64,000 bases of DNA from Methylococcales bacterium (lineage in GTDB: Bacteria > Pseudomonadota > Gammaproteobacteria > Methylococcales > Methylomonadaceae): assembly GCA_003584875.1 (NCBI GenBank), contig QVQD01000200.1, positions 824 through 64,823 of the forward strand, read 5' to 3'. A model generated the notes under the pieces. That model made no database searches, had not been told where the DNA came from, and saw only the letters and a program-made list of their open reading frames with translations. Below, piece after piece: positions 16,903 to 29,083 of the stretch; the stretch's first letter is position 1, and the number at the start of each line of letters is the position of its first letter. The translations under genes and the position numbers were made by a program.

Positions 16903-18064
16903 TATCAGATTTCTCCATCATTAACAGAGCGCTATCGATTACGCGTTGAAACATATTGCCCTTATCAATGGCTTGTAAGCTAACCAAGTCTTTTTCGATG
17001 ATAAGTTCATCTTTAAGTGAGACTCTAACGGTACCTAGTTTTGTATGTTCTGCGATAGGAGCAATTATTTTTTTATCAATATTAACTACAGCTTTGAGGT
17101 CTGAATAAAGGCGGCGTGGAATAGTGACGTATAGGTCTTCTGTAAGACCTAAAGGAATAGTCTTATTGGCACCTTTCCAAATTCTAGCTTCATTGAGTGG
17201 CTTATTGCCTTCGTATAAGCGGTGTGATTCATAAAATCGAAAGCCGAAATTAATTAAGGTTTGATTCTCGTTAGCTCTAGCGATGGCACTTTTTGTGCCC
17301 ATTACGACAGAAATAAGGCGCATGTCTTCTCTAAGCGCCGAGGCAACTAAGCAATAACCTGCATCATCAGTAAAGCCGGTTTTAACGCCGTCTACTGAAT
17401 CATCTCGAGAAAGAAGTTTGTTGCGATTTTGCTGGGTAATTTTATTGTAAGTGAATTCTTTTTGTGAGAACCAAGGATAGTATTCAGGAAATTCTTTGAT
17501 TAAGGCAGCCGTGAGTATTGCTAGGTCACGCGCACTGCTGTAATGATCTGGATTAGGTAAGCCATCACTATTTTTAAAATGACTGTTATTCATTCCCAAA
17601 CGTGCGGCATGTTGGTTCATCATGTCAGCAAAGGTTGTTTCATCTCCTGCGACATGCTCGGCAAGGGCTACACTTGCATCATTGCCTGATTGAATAATAA
17701 CGCCATGTAACAAATCTACAATTTTAACTTGATTTCCAAGTTCTAAAAACATGCGAGAACCAGAGGTTTTCCAGGCTTTTTCACTAATAGTTACGGTATC
17801 GTCTAAGTGTAAATGGCCGTTGCTGAGTTCTTTGAAGACAACATAGACAGTCATGATTTTGGTAAGACTTGCGGGTGCAAGTCTTGCGTCGGCATTACTT
17901 TCTGCTAAGACTTTGCCAGTGTGGAAGTCTTCTAGTAAGTAGGCGCTTGCAGCAATAGTAGGTGCTGAGGGAGTTGTGATTTCATTTTCTTGAGCGTGTG
18001 CTTGAGAAAAGGTAATGAATAAGCTGAAAAACCAAATTAAGTAGTATTTATTAAAAGGATGCAT
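16892..18064 (-). CDS. dacA: D-alanyl-D-alanine carboxypeptidase (PBP5/6 family)
   Basis: Signal peptide; SxxK (ASLTK), SxN (SGND) and KTG (KTGFT) motifs. Synteny matches rlpA-dacA-ybeD-lipB. Confidence 0.9.
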   Translation of the reverse strand: MHPFNKYYLIWFFSLFITFSQAHAQENEITTPSAPTIAASAYLLEDFHTGKVLAESNADARLAPASLTKIMTVYVVFKELSNGHLHLDDTVTISEKAWKTSGSRMFLELGNQVKIVDLLHGVIIQSGNDASVALAEHVAGDETTFADMMNQHAARLGMNNSHFKNSDGLPNPDHYSSARDLAILTAALIKEFPEYYPWFSQKEFTYNKITQQNRNKLLSRDDSVDGVKTGFTDDAGYCLVASALREDMRLISVVMGTKSAIARANENQTLINFGFRFYESHRLYEGNKPLNEARIWKGANKTIPLGLTEDLYVTIPRRLYSDLKAVVNIDKKIIAPIAEHTKLGTVRVSLKDELIIEKDLVSLQAIDKGNMFQRVIDSALLMMEKSDNGK

Positions 18065-18099
18065 TGCTCTTTAATGTGACAGGTAAACAATATTTTAGC

Positions 18100-18891
18100 T
18101 TACATTGTAACACGCGTGCTTTGTGATAGGTTGGATTCAGTAACAAATTGTGTGTCAAATATGCCAATTTCTGCCAGTTGTTGGTTAAGTTCATTAGCAT
18201 TAACAGTTGATTTAATTGGACCTATTTGTACCTTATATAAAGTTGATTTTTTATAGGTAGATGAAAGGATTTTTGCTGAGGGTAAATTGCTAGCAGCAAT
18301 TTTATTCTTAAGTTCTAAAGCTTTTTTAGCCGTTCCAAAGCTGCCCACTTGAAGAAAAACTTGCTTTGCTTGAGTTGCGGCTAGTTGTTGAATTTTTGGT
18401 AACGCTTGTTTTGGGGATATTGCTTTGATTTCAATAGCACTTGAATTACCTTCACCCAAATCTAGATTTTTTGCAGCAGCATAGGATAAATCGACTTCTT
18501 TATTACCGACAAAAGGACCTCTATCATTAATTCTGACAATAATGCTGCGATGATTAGTTAAGTTAGTGATTTGAGCGTAAGAGGGAATTGGAAGTGTTTT
18601 GTGTGCAGCAGTCATGGCATACATATCAAATATTTCGCCAGTAGCTGTTTTTTTACCGTGAAAACCAGGCCCATACCAAGAAGCTATACCTTGCTTTAGA
18701 TATCGGCTAATGCGAGGTAAAAGGTTGTCTTCAGAGTTTTGATCACCAGCAATGTTGGTGTTTAGTTTTGTATGCTGTCTTAATACAGCTGAATCTTCTG
18801 GAGTTATGTCCGTGGTTCTGGCGCTTTTAATTTGATCTGTTGAACAGCCAAACAAGGTAAGAACTAAGGTTGCTATTATTATTTTATTCAT
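18100..18891 (-). CDS. rlpA: Septal ring lytic transglycosylase RlpA (DPBB + SPOR domains), lipoprotein
   Basis: Lipobox LFGCS, WYGPGFHGKKTATGEIFD, and a C-terminal SPOR-like FLQVGSF...YKVQIGP. Confidence 0.9.
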   Translation of the reverse strand: MNKIIIATLVLTLFGCSTDQIKSARTTDITPEDSAVLRQHTKLNTNIAGDQNSEDNLLPRISRYLKQGIASWYGPGFHGKKTATGEIFDMYAMTAAHKTLPIPSYAQITNLTNHRSIIVRINDRGPFVGNKEVDLSYAAAKNLDLGEGNSSAIEIKAISPKQALPKIQQLAATQAKQVFLQVGSFGTAKKALELKNKIAASNLPSAKILSSTYKKSTLYKVQIGPIKSTVNANELNQQLAEIGIFDTQFVTESNLSQSTRVTM

Positions 18892-19432
18892 GGTTACCGC
18901 CTTTTTTATTTAAAATAGACTGACTTAATTGGTATACCGCCATAGCATATAAGGGCTATGGTTGTAACGAGTTATGACATTAATTTGTCTAAACCCGCCC
19001 AGAGTTCATTAGTGGGTCTTTGCCCTAATGGTTGCTCAAAAGTAAGTAGTTTTACTTTAGTGATTAAAGAAGGAATTGGCCTCATTGTTTTTAAGTTGAA
19101 TAAATTTTAACTCGCCTTGTCTTAAGTCCAGCTTAAGTCCATCGGATAATATCAATTTGAAATATTATTGTCTTCATGCTCCGATTACTGGGAATTCGTT
19201 GTTTTTATATCTCAGGCTCTATTGTATCTAGGCTCATGAGTTACAAATTCCAATAAATAGAACCTAAATAAAAGGGGAATGAAGTAAGGTAATTATTAAG
19301 TTAACTATGCTTTAAGAGGCTGCTATTAACTTAAGAATTGGAATAAAGAAGAACGTCTGAGTGGCGACAAGTTCGCCTTGTAAATTCTCAAAGCCTGTCG
19401 AATAAGTAGGTAAGCTGGTTTAGCCATAGTGG

Positions 19433-19593
19433 CTGTGAAAGTATTATTTTCATTTTCCCTCTTTAGCAAAGAGGGGTTAGTGGAGATTGGGTCTATTAAA
19501 AACAATCATTGAATATTAGTAGCCTATAACACAAAAATCCCCCTCAGTCCCCCTTTTACAAAGGGGGAAGCTAAAATCACAATACTTTCACAG
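19433..19593. mobile_element. MITE-like element (161 bp; 13-bp TIR CTGTGAAAGTATT) with internal CCCTCTTT..AAAGAGGG and CCCCCTTT..AAAGGGGG hairpins
   Basis: The TIRs were read directly. A truncated relative with the same left end is at ~6607-6667, and a half REP abuts at 19597-19612. Confidence 0.55.
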
Positions 19594-19665
19594 TCTCTAT
19601 CGCTAACCCGACTATATAAAAGCTAAATAGTGGGAAGGGCAGTGTTATGTTGGATATGAAGAGTT

Positions 19666-20790
19666 TTAACGAAATTTTTTATGGGTATGTATAGACATTA
19701 AGATACCGAAGCCAGATAGCAGGGTCACTATAGAGGTGCCGCCATAACTAATTAAAGGTAAAGGTACGCCAACGACTGGAAGTATTCCTATGACCATGCC
19801 TATATTGACAAACACATAAACAAAAAAAGTTAAAGAAAGGCTGCTAGCTAATAATCGATTATATGAATCTTGGGCTTGGCTTGCGATATAAAGGCAACGA
19901 GTAATGATGAGTAGATAAAGTGTTAATAATGAGAGTCCTCCAAATAAGCCAAACTCCTCTGCAAATACTGCAAAAATGAAGTCGGTAGAGCTTTCTGGTA
20001 AAAAATCTAATTCAGATTGGGTGCTTCCCAGCCAGCCTTTGCCATAAATGCCGCCCGATCCGATTGCAATTTTTGATTGTATGATGTGGTAACCTCGGCC
20101 TAGAGGATCGGCTTCTGGATTTAAGAATGTCAGTACTCTATCTCTCTGATAATCGTGCATAAAATGCCATAAAATGGGTGTTAACGCAGATAAGGTAGTT
20201 ATGATAGCTGCAATAAAAATCCAAGACAGACCAGCGAAAAACAGTACAGCGGCTCCAGAACTAAAAACCAAGAGTGCAGTGCCTAAATCAGGTTGTTTAG
20301 CAATTAATAAAGTAGGTATTATTATTAATAAGCCAGCCACGATAAGATGCTTTTGTTTGGGAGGCATTGGGTGCTCGGCAAGATACCAAGCAATCATCAT
20401 CGGTGTGGTCAGCTTAATCATTTCAGAGGGTTGGAATCTAAATAAACCGAGTTCCAACCAACGTTGTGCGCCTTTGCCAATTTGACCCATAATGAGCACT
20501 GCAATCAGTAATAAAATACCCAGTCCAAAAAGCAGTGTTGAATAGCGTTTGAATTGATAGGGGTCGATATGAGCGATAATAGTCATTAAAAGAAAAGCTA
20601 ATCCGACGCGTTGAGCTTGTCTAATGATTACATCCATATCTTGACTGCCGGCACTATAAAGAATAACAAAACTTAATAATGAGGCCAGCAATAAGCCAAT
20701 AAATAGGGGAATATCTATATGCAATTTTCTAAGGATAGTCCCTAATAGTGAGGGTGGTTCAAAATGCTCGTGGCGGGTTTCAGTTTTCAT
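19666..20790 (-). CDS. rodA: SEDS peptidoglycan glycosyltransferase RodA
   Basis: A 374-aa polytopic FtsW/RodA/SpoVE-type sequence adjacent to mrdA. Confidence 0.95.
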   Translation of the reverse strand: MKTETRHEHFEPPSLLGTILRKLHIDIPLFIGLLLASLLSFVILYSAGSQDMDVIIRQAQRVGLAFLLMTIIAHIDPYQFKRYSTLLFGLGILLLIAVLIMGQIGKGAQRWLELGLFRFQPSEMIKLTTPMMIAWYLAEHPMPPKQKHLIVAGLLIIIPTLLIAKQPDLGTALLVFSSGAAVLFFAGLSWIFIAAIITTLSALTPILWHFMHDYQRDRVLTFLNPEADPLGRGYHIIQSKIAIGSGGIYGKGWLGSTQSELDFLPESSTDFIFAVFAEEFGLFGGLSLLTLYLLIITRCLYIASQAQDSYNRLLASSLSLTFFVYVFVNIGMVIGILPVVGVPLPLISYGGTSIVTLLSGFGILMSIHTHKKFR

Positions 20791-22615
20791 TATTATCCTT
20801 TAAGAATTGCTTGATGACTTGGCCAGCAATTGGTGCGGCTACTGAGCCGCCGTGCCCTCCATTTTCAACGATAACAGCCACCGCTATTTTAGGATCGTTG
20901 GCAGGTGCAAATGATACAAAAAGCGCGTGATCACGAAACTTAAAATCGATGCTATTTTCATTGTATTTGGCGTTTTGTTTAATGCCTAAAACCTGAGCGG
21001 TACCCGTTTTACCAGCAATTTGATAATTAATATGGGTATTGATGCCTTTAGCGGTTCCTCTTGCACTGTGTATGACATTGATCATGCCATCAATGACCGT
21101 ATTTACGTTTTCTTGTTTAAGAGTTATGGTGTCTTTGTGTGTTTCTGGGCCGGGACTGGTTTCATGAGCTCTAACTATTTTATCAACCAGAAAAGGTGTT
21201 ACAACATGTCCTTGGTTTGCTAAAGTTGCAGTGGCTCTGGCAAGTTGCAAGGGAGTTACTTGAAGATAACCTTGGCCTATTCCAGTAATAAGTGTTTCTC
21301 CTGGATACCAAGATTGTTTTTTTTGAGCAAGCTTCCATTCGCGTGAAGGTAATAGACCTGTTTTTTCACCGATCAGATCAATGCCTGTTTTTTCACCGAA
21401 ACCAAATTGCTGAAGAAAACTGTGCATATGATCTATACCCAGCATAGAGGCCAGTCGATAAAAATACACATCACAAGATTCGGTAATTGCTTGATTTAAA
21501 TCTACTGAACCATGGCCACCTTTTTTCCAATCACGGTATTGGTGGTCAACTCCAGGTAATTGATAGTAACCGGGGCAGAATAATTGTTGTTCAGGGCTGA
21601 TTGCTTCGAACTCAAGTCCTGCTAATGCTACGAATGGTTTGACAGTAGAGCCAGGCGGGTAAAGTCCTCGTAAAGCTCGATTGTAAAGAGGTTGGTTTTC
21701 TGATGTTTGTAGTGCTTGATAAGTTTCATTAGAAATGCCGACCACAAATGGATTTGGGTCAAAGCCTGGGCGACTGACAAACACTAAAACACCACCTGTT
21801 TTAATATCTATTGCTACGACTGCTCCGTTAAAACCATTAAGCGCGTCATAAGCAGTTTTTTGCAAATTAATATCTAGTGTTAAATAAAGATCTCCACCAG
21901 GCTCAGGATTGACTTCGTTTAAAGTGTTTAGTAATCGCGCTTGTACATTCGTTTCTATTTCTGCATATCCAGTTTTTCCATGTAGATCATTTTCATATGA
22001 GCTTTCTATGCCTAATTTACCAATATGTGTTGAACCTCTATATTCTGAAATAGGTAAATCTTTGAGTTCTGATTCATTAATGCGACTGACATAGCCTATA
22101 ACATGTGCAGTTAGATCACTGTAGGGATAGTGGCGCACCAAGTGAGTATGTATGTCAACTCCTGGAAAATAAGGTCTTGCTACAGCAAATTTTGCAAGCT
22201 CCTCATCATTCATGCTTAATAATAATGGCGTACTTACAAAACGTTTTTGACGCTTACGTAATTTTTGAAATAGTTCGATTTTATCATTAGGTATTGCAAG
22301 AAGAGTTTGTAGGCTTAATAAGGTTTCATCGATATTGCTGATTTGCTCAGGGATGAGTTCTAAGCTATAAGAGGGGGTGTTTTCAGCGAGCACATTGCCG
22401 TGACGATCATAAATCATGCCTCGAGTAGGTACTAATGGAACGATCTTTACGCTATTGTCTTTTGCTAATGAGGAGTAATGTTCGTTACCTACTATTTGTA
22501 AGTATATAAGCCTAACAATCAACCCCGAGGTTAAAAGGATAATAACGAAGAAAGAGGTAACAATACGATTTAGGAATAAACGGTTTTCTAAAGAATGGTC
22601 TTTGATGGTATACAT
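20780..22615 (-). CDS. mrdA: Penicillin-binding protein 2 (elongasome transpeptidase)
   Basis: N-terminal TM helix, SxxK (GSTVKP) and KTG (GKTGTAQ). Confidence 0.95.
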   Translation of the reverse strand: MYTIKDHSLENRLFLNRIVTSFFVIILLTSGLIVRLIYLQIVGNEHYSSLAKDNSVKIVPLVPTRGMIYDRHGNVLAENTPSYSLELIPEQISNIDETLLSLQTLLAIPNDKIELFQKLRKRQKRFVSTPLLLSMNDEELAKFAVARPYFPGVDIHTHLVRHYPYSDLTAHVIGYVSRINESELKDLPISEYRGSTHIGKLGIESSYENDLHGKTGYAEIETNVQARLLNTLNEVNPEPGGDLYLTLDINLQKTAYDALNGFNGAVVAIDIKTGGVLVFVSRPGFDPNPFVVGISNETYQALQTSENQPLYNRALRGLYPPGSTVKPFVALAGLEFEAISPEQQLFCPGYYQLPGVDHQYRDWKKGGHGSVDLNQAITESCDVYFYRLASMLGIDHMHSFLQQFGFGEKTGIDLIGEKTGLLPSREWKLAQKKQSWYPGETLITGIGQGYLQVTPLQLARATATLANQGHVVTPFLVDKIVRAHETSPGPETHKDTITLKQENVNTVIDGMINVIHSARGTAKGINTHINYQIAGKTGTAQVLGIKQNAKYNENSIDFKFRDHALFVSFAPANDPKIAVAVIVENGGHGGSVAAPIAGQVIKQFLKDNNEN

Positions 22616-22628
22616 GGATGCTATTCTT

Positions 22629-23117
22629 TTATCTCATGCGTTGTGGCAAGCGAACAAATCGTAAGATACCATAGACAATTGGCCACACCATCGTACCGCT
22701 AAATACAGGCAGCCAGAAGGATGCGTGCAATTGTGCCGGGTGTTGAATATTTTTGATGAAGAATAATAATAATTGTGACAACAATAAGCAAAAGAAGATA
22801 AATAGGCCTTGTTGCGGCAAAGGGAAGTGTCGTAATCTTTTGTGTAGGTTAAGGCATATATAGATCACCAGAGTATAAGCTAAAGCATATTGTCCTAGTA
22901 GTCTCCCTGTTAAAACATCAGTTAATAAACCAAAAGTCCATGCATGAAAAATACCGACACGTTCAGGGAGAGTAAGTGACCAATATATTAATGCAATCAA
23001 TACCCAGTCAGGATTGAAAGTTGCTAGATTTGCCGGTAAAGGTAGTATCCGTAAGCACATGGCTAGCCCTAAAGTCACTATAATTCTAAGGAGACCAGAG
23101 GTGTTATTTACTTTCAT
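22629..23117 (-). CDS. mreD: Rod shape-determining protein MreD
   Basis: A 162-aa polytopic protein downstream of mreC. Confidence 0.9.
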   Translation of the reverse strand: MKVNNTSGLLRIIVTLGLAMCLRILPLPANLATFNPDWVLIALIYWSLTLPERVGIFHAWTFGLLTDVLTGRLLGQYALAYTLVIYICLNLHKRLRHFPLPQQGLFIFFCLLLSQLLLFFIKNIQHPAQLHASFWLPVFSGTMVWPIVYGILRFVRLPQRMR

Positions 23118-23991
23118 GGCTAGTAGGCTCGTTATCTTTTTCTGTTGGCTTAGAAATTAGTGGTACAGGTGTCGATTTACTCCAAACTATCATTAATTCG
23201 CGATTTCGGTCTAATAAGGCCTTAGGTGTGGCGGTAATGGTTGTAAATGCTTTGTTAGGTTGTGGCGTAAACTCATCAACAACGCCAACAGGATAACCAT
23301 GTGGAAAATTTCCACCTAAGCCTGAAGTAATGAGTAAGTCTCCGGGGTGTATATCAGCATTGCTAGGTAAAAAAGGCAGAATTAACTTATTTATTTGGCC
23401 GCTACCTACGGCGATAGTGAGTAATCCGTTGCGATTCACTTGAACTGGAATGGCGTGATTAGGGTCGGTAATTAGCATTATTTCTGATGTCATGGGTAGG
23501 GCGCGAAAAACTTGGCCAACAACACCATTGGCATCTAAAACAGGTTGCTGAGGATGAACGCCAAAACGGGTGCCTTTATTAACGACAACAATATGTTCGT
23601 AGGGTGCCATGTTCACAGATAACAATTCTGCAACTAATACTTGTTCACCTAATTTAAATGAATTTTCCAGCAGTGCCCTTAATCGAATGTTTTCTTTTTC
23701 TAAAGCTGAGAATTTAAGTAATCTTGCTTGATGTGTTAGCTGTTCTTCACGCAAGTTTTTATTTTCTTGTTTTAAGCTTTGGTAAGAGTTGATAGATTCA
23801 GATGTTTGTTCGATCACATACGAAGGTAAATCAACCAAGTATTTTAAAGGATCGACAAAAAACGATAACGTGCTGCGGAGAGTATTAATGCTAGGGCTTT
23901 TTTGTTCGAATACCAATAATGTAATTGATGCGAGTACGGCTACCAGTAAGCGGGTATTGATAGAGGGGCCGGTGGCAAATATAAGTTTTAT
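23104..23991 (-). CDS. mreC: Rod shape-determining protein MreC; the track ORF starts at TTG 23916 but the conserved N-terminus extends upstream to a non-canonical ATA at 23989-23991
   Basis: The in-frame upstream sequence reads (ATA)KLIFATGPSINTRLLVAVLASITLLVFEQK, the typical MreC N-terminus plus TM anchor. GAGG lies 8 nt upstream of the ATA. There is no ATG/GTG/TTG between the stop at 24049-24051 and 23916. Confidence 0.8.
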   Translation of the reverse strand: MKLIFATGPSINTRLLVAVLASITLLVFEQKSPSINTLRSTLSFFVDPLKYLVDLPSYVIEQTSESINSYQSLKQENKNLREEQLTHQARLLKFSALEKENIRLRALLENSFKLGEQVLVAELLSVNMAPYEHIVVVNKGTRFGVHPQQPVLDANGVVGQVFRALPMTSEIMLITDPNHAIPVQVNRNGLLTIAVGSGQINKLILPFLPSNADIHPGDLLITSGLGGNFPHGYPVGVVDEFTPQPNKAFTTITATPKALLDRNRELMIVWSKSTPVPLISKPTEKDNEPTSHESK

Positions 23992-24123
23992 AGCTGATGC
24001 CTCGAAGTAGTGCGGTGACTCTAATGTGATTGTAACTTTAATTACTCCTTACAAAAAGGTATTAAACTTTTAGTAAGGAGTAAGATTTGAACCTAAGCTG
24101 AAAAGGCTATCCTAATAATAAAG

Positions 24124-25206
<1,083 letters not shown>

Positions 25207-25450
25207 TTAATAGCGATACTGTATCAATCAAGTGGGTATTTAAGCAAGATATAACTGGGATATTTGTAGTAATATACGCGGCAAAGATCAGCGACACAAG
25301 ATCAAACAAGATGAAACTTAATGCGCATGCAACATTGTGTTTTGTTTCGACAGTAACTCTATTGGTTTTTGTGTGCAACTATCTAATATCTGCCTACGAT
25401 AAATAATTTATTGATCGTTAATCTGTTTTAAATTAAACCAAGGAGACAAG

Positions 25451-25738
25451 ATGTCATTAACTGCGGATGAGGTAAATAAAATTGCGCACCTAGCGCGATT
25501 GGGTATCGATAAACAAGATGTAGCCGCTTATGCCAACGATTTATCGGGCATGCTTGATTTAATGACCCGTATGAGTGAAGTTAATACTGATGATGTTGAG
25601 CCAATGGCACATCCTATGGATCAAGCACAGCGCCTAAGAGTTGATAAGGTCACGGAATTAAATCATCGAGAAGCATTTCAGGCGATAGCGCCACAAGTTG
25701 AAGCGGGACTTTATTTAGTTCCTAAAGTGATTGAATAA
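25451..25738 (+). CDS. gatC: Glu/Asp-tRNA amidotransferase subunit C
   Basis: 95 aa with [12 protein letters not shown]. It heads the gatCAB operon. Confidence 0.95.
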   Translation: MSLTADEVNKIAHLARLGIDKQDVAAYANDLSGMLDLMTRMSEVNTDDVEPMAHPMDQAQRLRVDKVTELNHREAFQAIAPQVEAGLYLVPKVIE

Positions 25739-25752
25739 GGGAAGGATACTTC

Positions 25753-27204
25753 ATGCATAATAAAACACTCGCAGAATTAAGTTTAGGTTTACAAGCAAAG
25801 ACCTATTCCAGTGTAGAGCTAACCCAGTTATTTTTGGATCGAATAAATCAGCATCAACAACTCAATGCTTATATTACAGTGACTCCGGAATTGGCTATGG
25901 CTCAAGCTAAAGTTGCAGATCAGCGATTAGCTAACGGCACGGCTGATCTATTAACCGGAATTCCCATTGCTCAAAAAGATATTTTTTGTACTCAGGATGT
26001 AATGACAACATGTGGCTCTAAAATGTTGGCAAATTTTAGCGCACCCTATAATGCAACCGTGGTAGATAAGTTTAATCAGGCTGGCGCAATCATGTTAGGT
26101 AAACTTAATATGGATGAGTTTGCGATGGGTTCTTCTAATGAAACCAGTTATTTTGGTGCTGTTAGAAATCCTTGGAATTTAAATAGTGTTCCAGGTGGTT
26201 CGTCAGGTGGTTCAGCTGCTGCTGTTTCTGCAAGATTAGCGGCTTGTGCAACGGGCACAGATACAGGTGGATCTATTCGTCAGCCTGCGGCTTTATGTGG
26301 CATTACCGGATTAAAACCCACTTACGGTCGGGTGTCTCGCTATGGCATGATTGCTTATGCCTCTAGCTTGGATCAAGGCGGTCCGATGACACGCAACGCT
26401 GAAGACGCCGCGATTGTGTTACAAACTATGGCAGGTTTTGATGAAAAAGACTCAACCAGTGTTGATGTACCTGTTCCTGATTATCGAGCAGGCTTAAATA
26501 AATCCTTAGCGGGTTTGAAAATTGGTTTACCTAAAGAATTCTTTGGTGAAGGTTTAGATGAAAATGTCGCTGCAACATTAGCAACTGCATTCGATGAATA
26601 TCGACGACTTGGCGCTGAAATTATAGACATAACTATGCCTAATTTAAAATTAGCTATTCCTGCCTATTATGTTATTGCACCCGCAGAGTGTTCTGCTAAT
26701 TTGTCGCGCTTTGATGGTGTTCGTTATGGTTATCGTTGTGAGAATCCTGTTGATTTAACCGATCTTTATACACGTTCACGTGGTGAAGGTTTTGGAAAAG
26801 AAGTTAAGCGTCGCATATTGATGGGTACTTATGCTTTATCAACTGGGTATTACGATGCTTATTATTTAAAAGCACAAAAAATACGCCGCTTAATTAGTGA
26901 GGATTTTAAAACTGCATTAGCCAGTGTTGATGTCATTATGGGGCCTGTTACGCCGAGCACTGCATTTGGTATTGGCGAGAAGATAGACGATCCTATAGCT
27001 ATGTATTTATCAGATATTTACACCATAGCCATCAATCTAGCCGGTGTGCCTGCCATGTCTATTCCTGCTGGCTTTGTTGCGGGTATGCCGGTTGGTTTGC
27101 AGTTAATTGGTGATTATTTTTCTGAAGATCGCTTGTTGAACATTGCCCATCAGTATCAACAAGTAACTGATTGGCACAACTTTATACCCACCGGATTTGA
27201 ATAA
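25753..27204 (+). CDS. gatA: Glu/Asp-tRNA amidotransferase subunit A
   Basis: Amidase signature [23 protein letters not shown]. Confidence 0.95.
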   Translation: MHNKTLAELSLGLQAKTYSSVELTQLFLDRINQHQQLNAYITVTPELAMAQAKVADQRLANGTADLLTGIPIAQKDIFCTQDVMTTCGSKMLANFSAPYNATVVDKFNQAGAIMLGKLNMDEFAMGSSNETSYFGAVRNPWNLNSVPGGSSGGSAAAVSARLAACATGTDTGGSIRQPAALCGITGLKPTYGRVSRYGMIAYASSLDQGGPMTRNAEDAAIVLQTMAGFDEKDSTSVDVPVPDYRAGLNKSLAGLKIGLPKEFFGEGLDENVAATLATAFDEYRRLGAEIIDITMPNLKLAIPAYYVIAPAECSANLSRFDGVRYGYRCENPVDLTDLYTRSRGEGFGKEVKRRILMGTYALSTGYYDAYYLKAQKIRRLISEDFKTALASVDVIMGPVTPSTAFGIGEKIDDPIAMYLSDIYTIAINLAGVPAMSIPAGFVAGMPVGLQLIGDYFSEDRLLNIAHQYQQVTDWHNFIPTGFE

Positions 27205-27214
27205 GGAGATAACA

Positions 27215-28642
27215 ATGGAATGGGAAACAGTCATCGGTTTAGAAATACATACTCAACTATCAACATGTTCAAAAATATTTTCGGGAGCTGCCACCGCTTA
27301 TGGTGCAGAACCTAATACCCAAGCCTGCGCAGTTGATTTAGGCTTGCCAGGGGTATTGCCCGTCTTAAATCAAGAAGCGGTGCGTATGGCGGTTATTTTT
27401 GGCATGGCTATTGAAGCGAATATTGCTCCTTATTCAGTCTTTGCTAGAAAAAATTATTTTTACCCCGATTTACCTAAAGGCTATCAGATCAGTCAAATGG
27501 ATCATCCGATAGTTGGAATAGGGCATTTAGATATTGAAGTTGATGGCGAGATTAAACGCATCGGTGTCACTAGAGCTCATTTAGAAGAAGATGCAGGTAA
27601 ATCATTGCATGAAGATTTTCATGGCTTAACAGGTATCGACTTAAATCGTGCTGGCACGCCCTTATTAGAAATTGTTTCTGAGCCCGATATGCGTAATGCA
27701 AAAGAAGCGGTTGCTTACATGCGAAAATTGCATGAGTTAGTGCGGTATTTGGGTATTTGTGATGGTAATATGCAAGAAGGTTCTTTTCGTTGTGATGCCA
27801 ATGTTTCGGTGCGCCCAAAAGGTCAGGCAGAATTTGGTACGCGTGCTGAAATTAAAAACATCAATTCTTTTAAGTTTGTCGAAAAAGCTATTAATCACGA
27901 AGTTGAAAGACAAATAGCTGTAATTGAAAGTGGCGGTAAAGTGGTACAAGAAACTCGCTTGTATGATTCGGTAAAAGATGAAACGCGCTCTATGCGTAGT
28001 AAAGAAGAAGCCAATGATTACCGCTACTTTCCAGATCCAGACTTGTTGCCTGTTATTATTGATGAGGCTTTCAAGGCGAAAATTAAAGCGGAATTGCCTG
28101 AATTACCAGATGCTAAAAAGCTGCGCTTTAAAGCAGATTATCATTTAGATGAAGAAAGCATAGCGATATTGACTGCGAGTCGTGCTTTGGCGGACTACTT
28201 TGAAGCCGTGCATAAAAAATCTGGCTGTGAAGCAAAGCTTTGCGCTAATTGGATTACGGGAGATTTGTCTGCAGCACTTAATAAAGCAGGGTTAGAGATT
28301 GGTTCATCATCGATTAATGAAGAGCGTTTGTCTGGTTTATTATTACGGATCAATGATGGCACCATTTCTGGAAAAATAGCCAAACAGGTGTTCGAATTGT
28401 TATGGCAATCTGCTGAAAGCGCAGACCATATCATTGCTGAACAAGGCTTAACACAAATTAGCGACACTGGAGCGATAGTGGCTATCATCGATAAAATTAT
28501 CGCTGAAAATCCTAATCAGGTTGAACAATACCGTAGCGGTAAAGATAAGATGTTTGCCTTTTTTGTAGGACAAGTCATGAAAGCGATGCAAGGCAAAGCC
28601 AATCCTGCTGAAGTGAATAAAATTCTTAAAGAAAGGTTGTGA
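27215..28642 (+). CDS. gatB: Glu/Asp-tRNA amidotransferase subunit B (start at [10 protein letters not shown], preceded by AAGGAG)
   Basis: Canonical GatB N-terminus and length. Confidence 0.95.
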   Translation: MEWETVIGLEIHTQLSTCSKIFSGAATAYGAEPNTQACAVDLGLPGVLPVLNQEAVRMAVIFGMAIEANIAPYSVFARKNYFYPDLPKGYQISQMDHPIVGIGHLDIEVDGEIKRIGVTRAHLEEDAGKSLHEDFHGLTGIDLNRAGTPLLEIVSEPDMRNAKEAVAYMRKLHELVRYLGICDGNMQEGSFRCDANVSVRPKGQAEFGTRAEIKNINSFKFVEKAINHEVERQIAVIESGGKVVQETRLYDSVKDETRSMRSKEEANDYRYFPDPDLLPVIIDEAFKAKIKAELPELPDAKKLRFKADYHLDEESIAILTASRALADYFEAVHKKSGCEAKLCANWITGDLSAALNKAGLEIGSSSINEERLSGLLLRINDGTISGKIAKQVFELLWQSAESADHIIAEQGLTQISDTGAIVAIIDKIIAENPNQVEQYRSGKDKMFAFFVGQVMKAMQGKANPAEVNKILKERL

Positions 28643-28687
28643 TGGGGTTGCCGGCTTAAGAAGGTCGTAAAAAATAAAATATCTATA

Positions 28688-28721
28688 TAGGATGTGCTGA
28701 ACGATAGTGAAGCGCATCCTA
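28688..28721 (+). terminator. Hairpin repeat TAGGATGTGCT-N12-AGCGCATCCTA downstream of gatB
   Basis: Second copy of the 14162 element, in the opposite orientation. Confidence 0.45.
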
Positions 28722-28814
28722 TGTAAACTTATTTAATATCTAGTTTTGGGCTGGAAAACTTCTCTAAGGTAAAGTGCGTAGAGTCGTTGCCGAAATTGGG
28801 TCATATGTTTGTTT

Positions 28815-28859
28815 GAAACGCTTTACTCGCTTGCTTTAGTAAAGCCTTATTCAGACTAC
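28815..28859. repeat. Partial copy of the GAAACGCTTTACT...CTTATTC..CTAC repeat family
   Basis: The sequence gaaacgctttactcgcttgctttagtaaagccttattcagactac aligns with 52668-52713. Confidence 0.5.
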
Positions 28860-29083
28860 TGATGTCTGTAAGTTCAAGTCCGAAATTCGTAACAACACCC
28901 ATAAAATATCGAAAAAAAATTACAATGAAAATGTAGGTGAGGGTTGCTTTGTAATTTTTTTGAGGTGGATAGTTGCTCATGCTCCTAATCCACCACAAAA
29001 TATTTGTCATTCCTAAATCATGATAACTATAAAGCGTTTTGTAGATTGGCTTGCATCTCTGCAAGCCAAAAGATTAGATCAGA

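Noticed and set aside
28801-29064. 87-aa minus-strand ORF downstream of the metalloprotease gene
   Set aside because: Its 3-prime third is supplied by a copy of the GAAACGCTTTACT repeat family, and the N-terminal part has no SD or motif. A shorter TM peptide starting at MSNYPPQ cannot be excluded, but nothing supports it.
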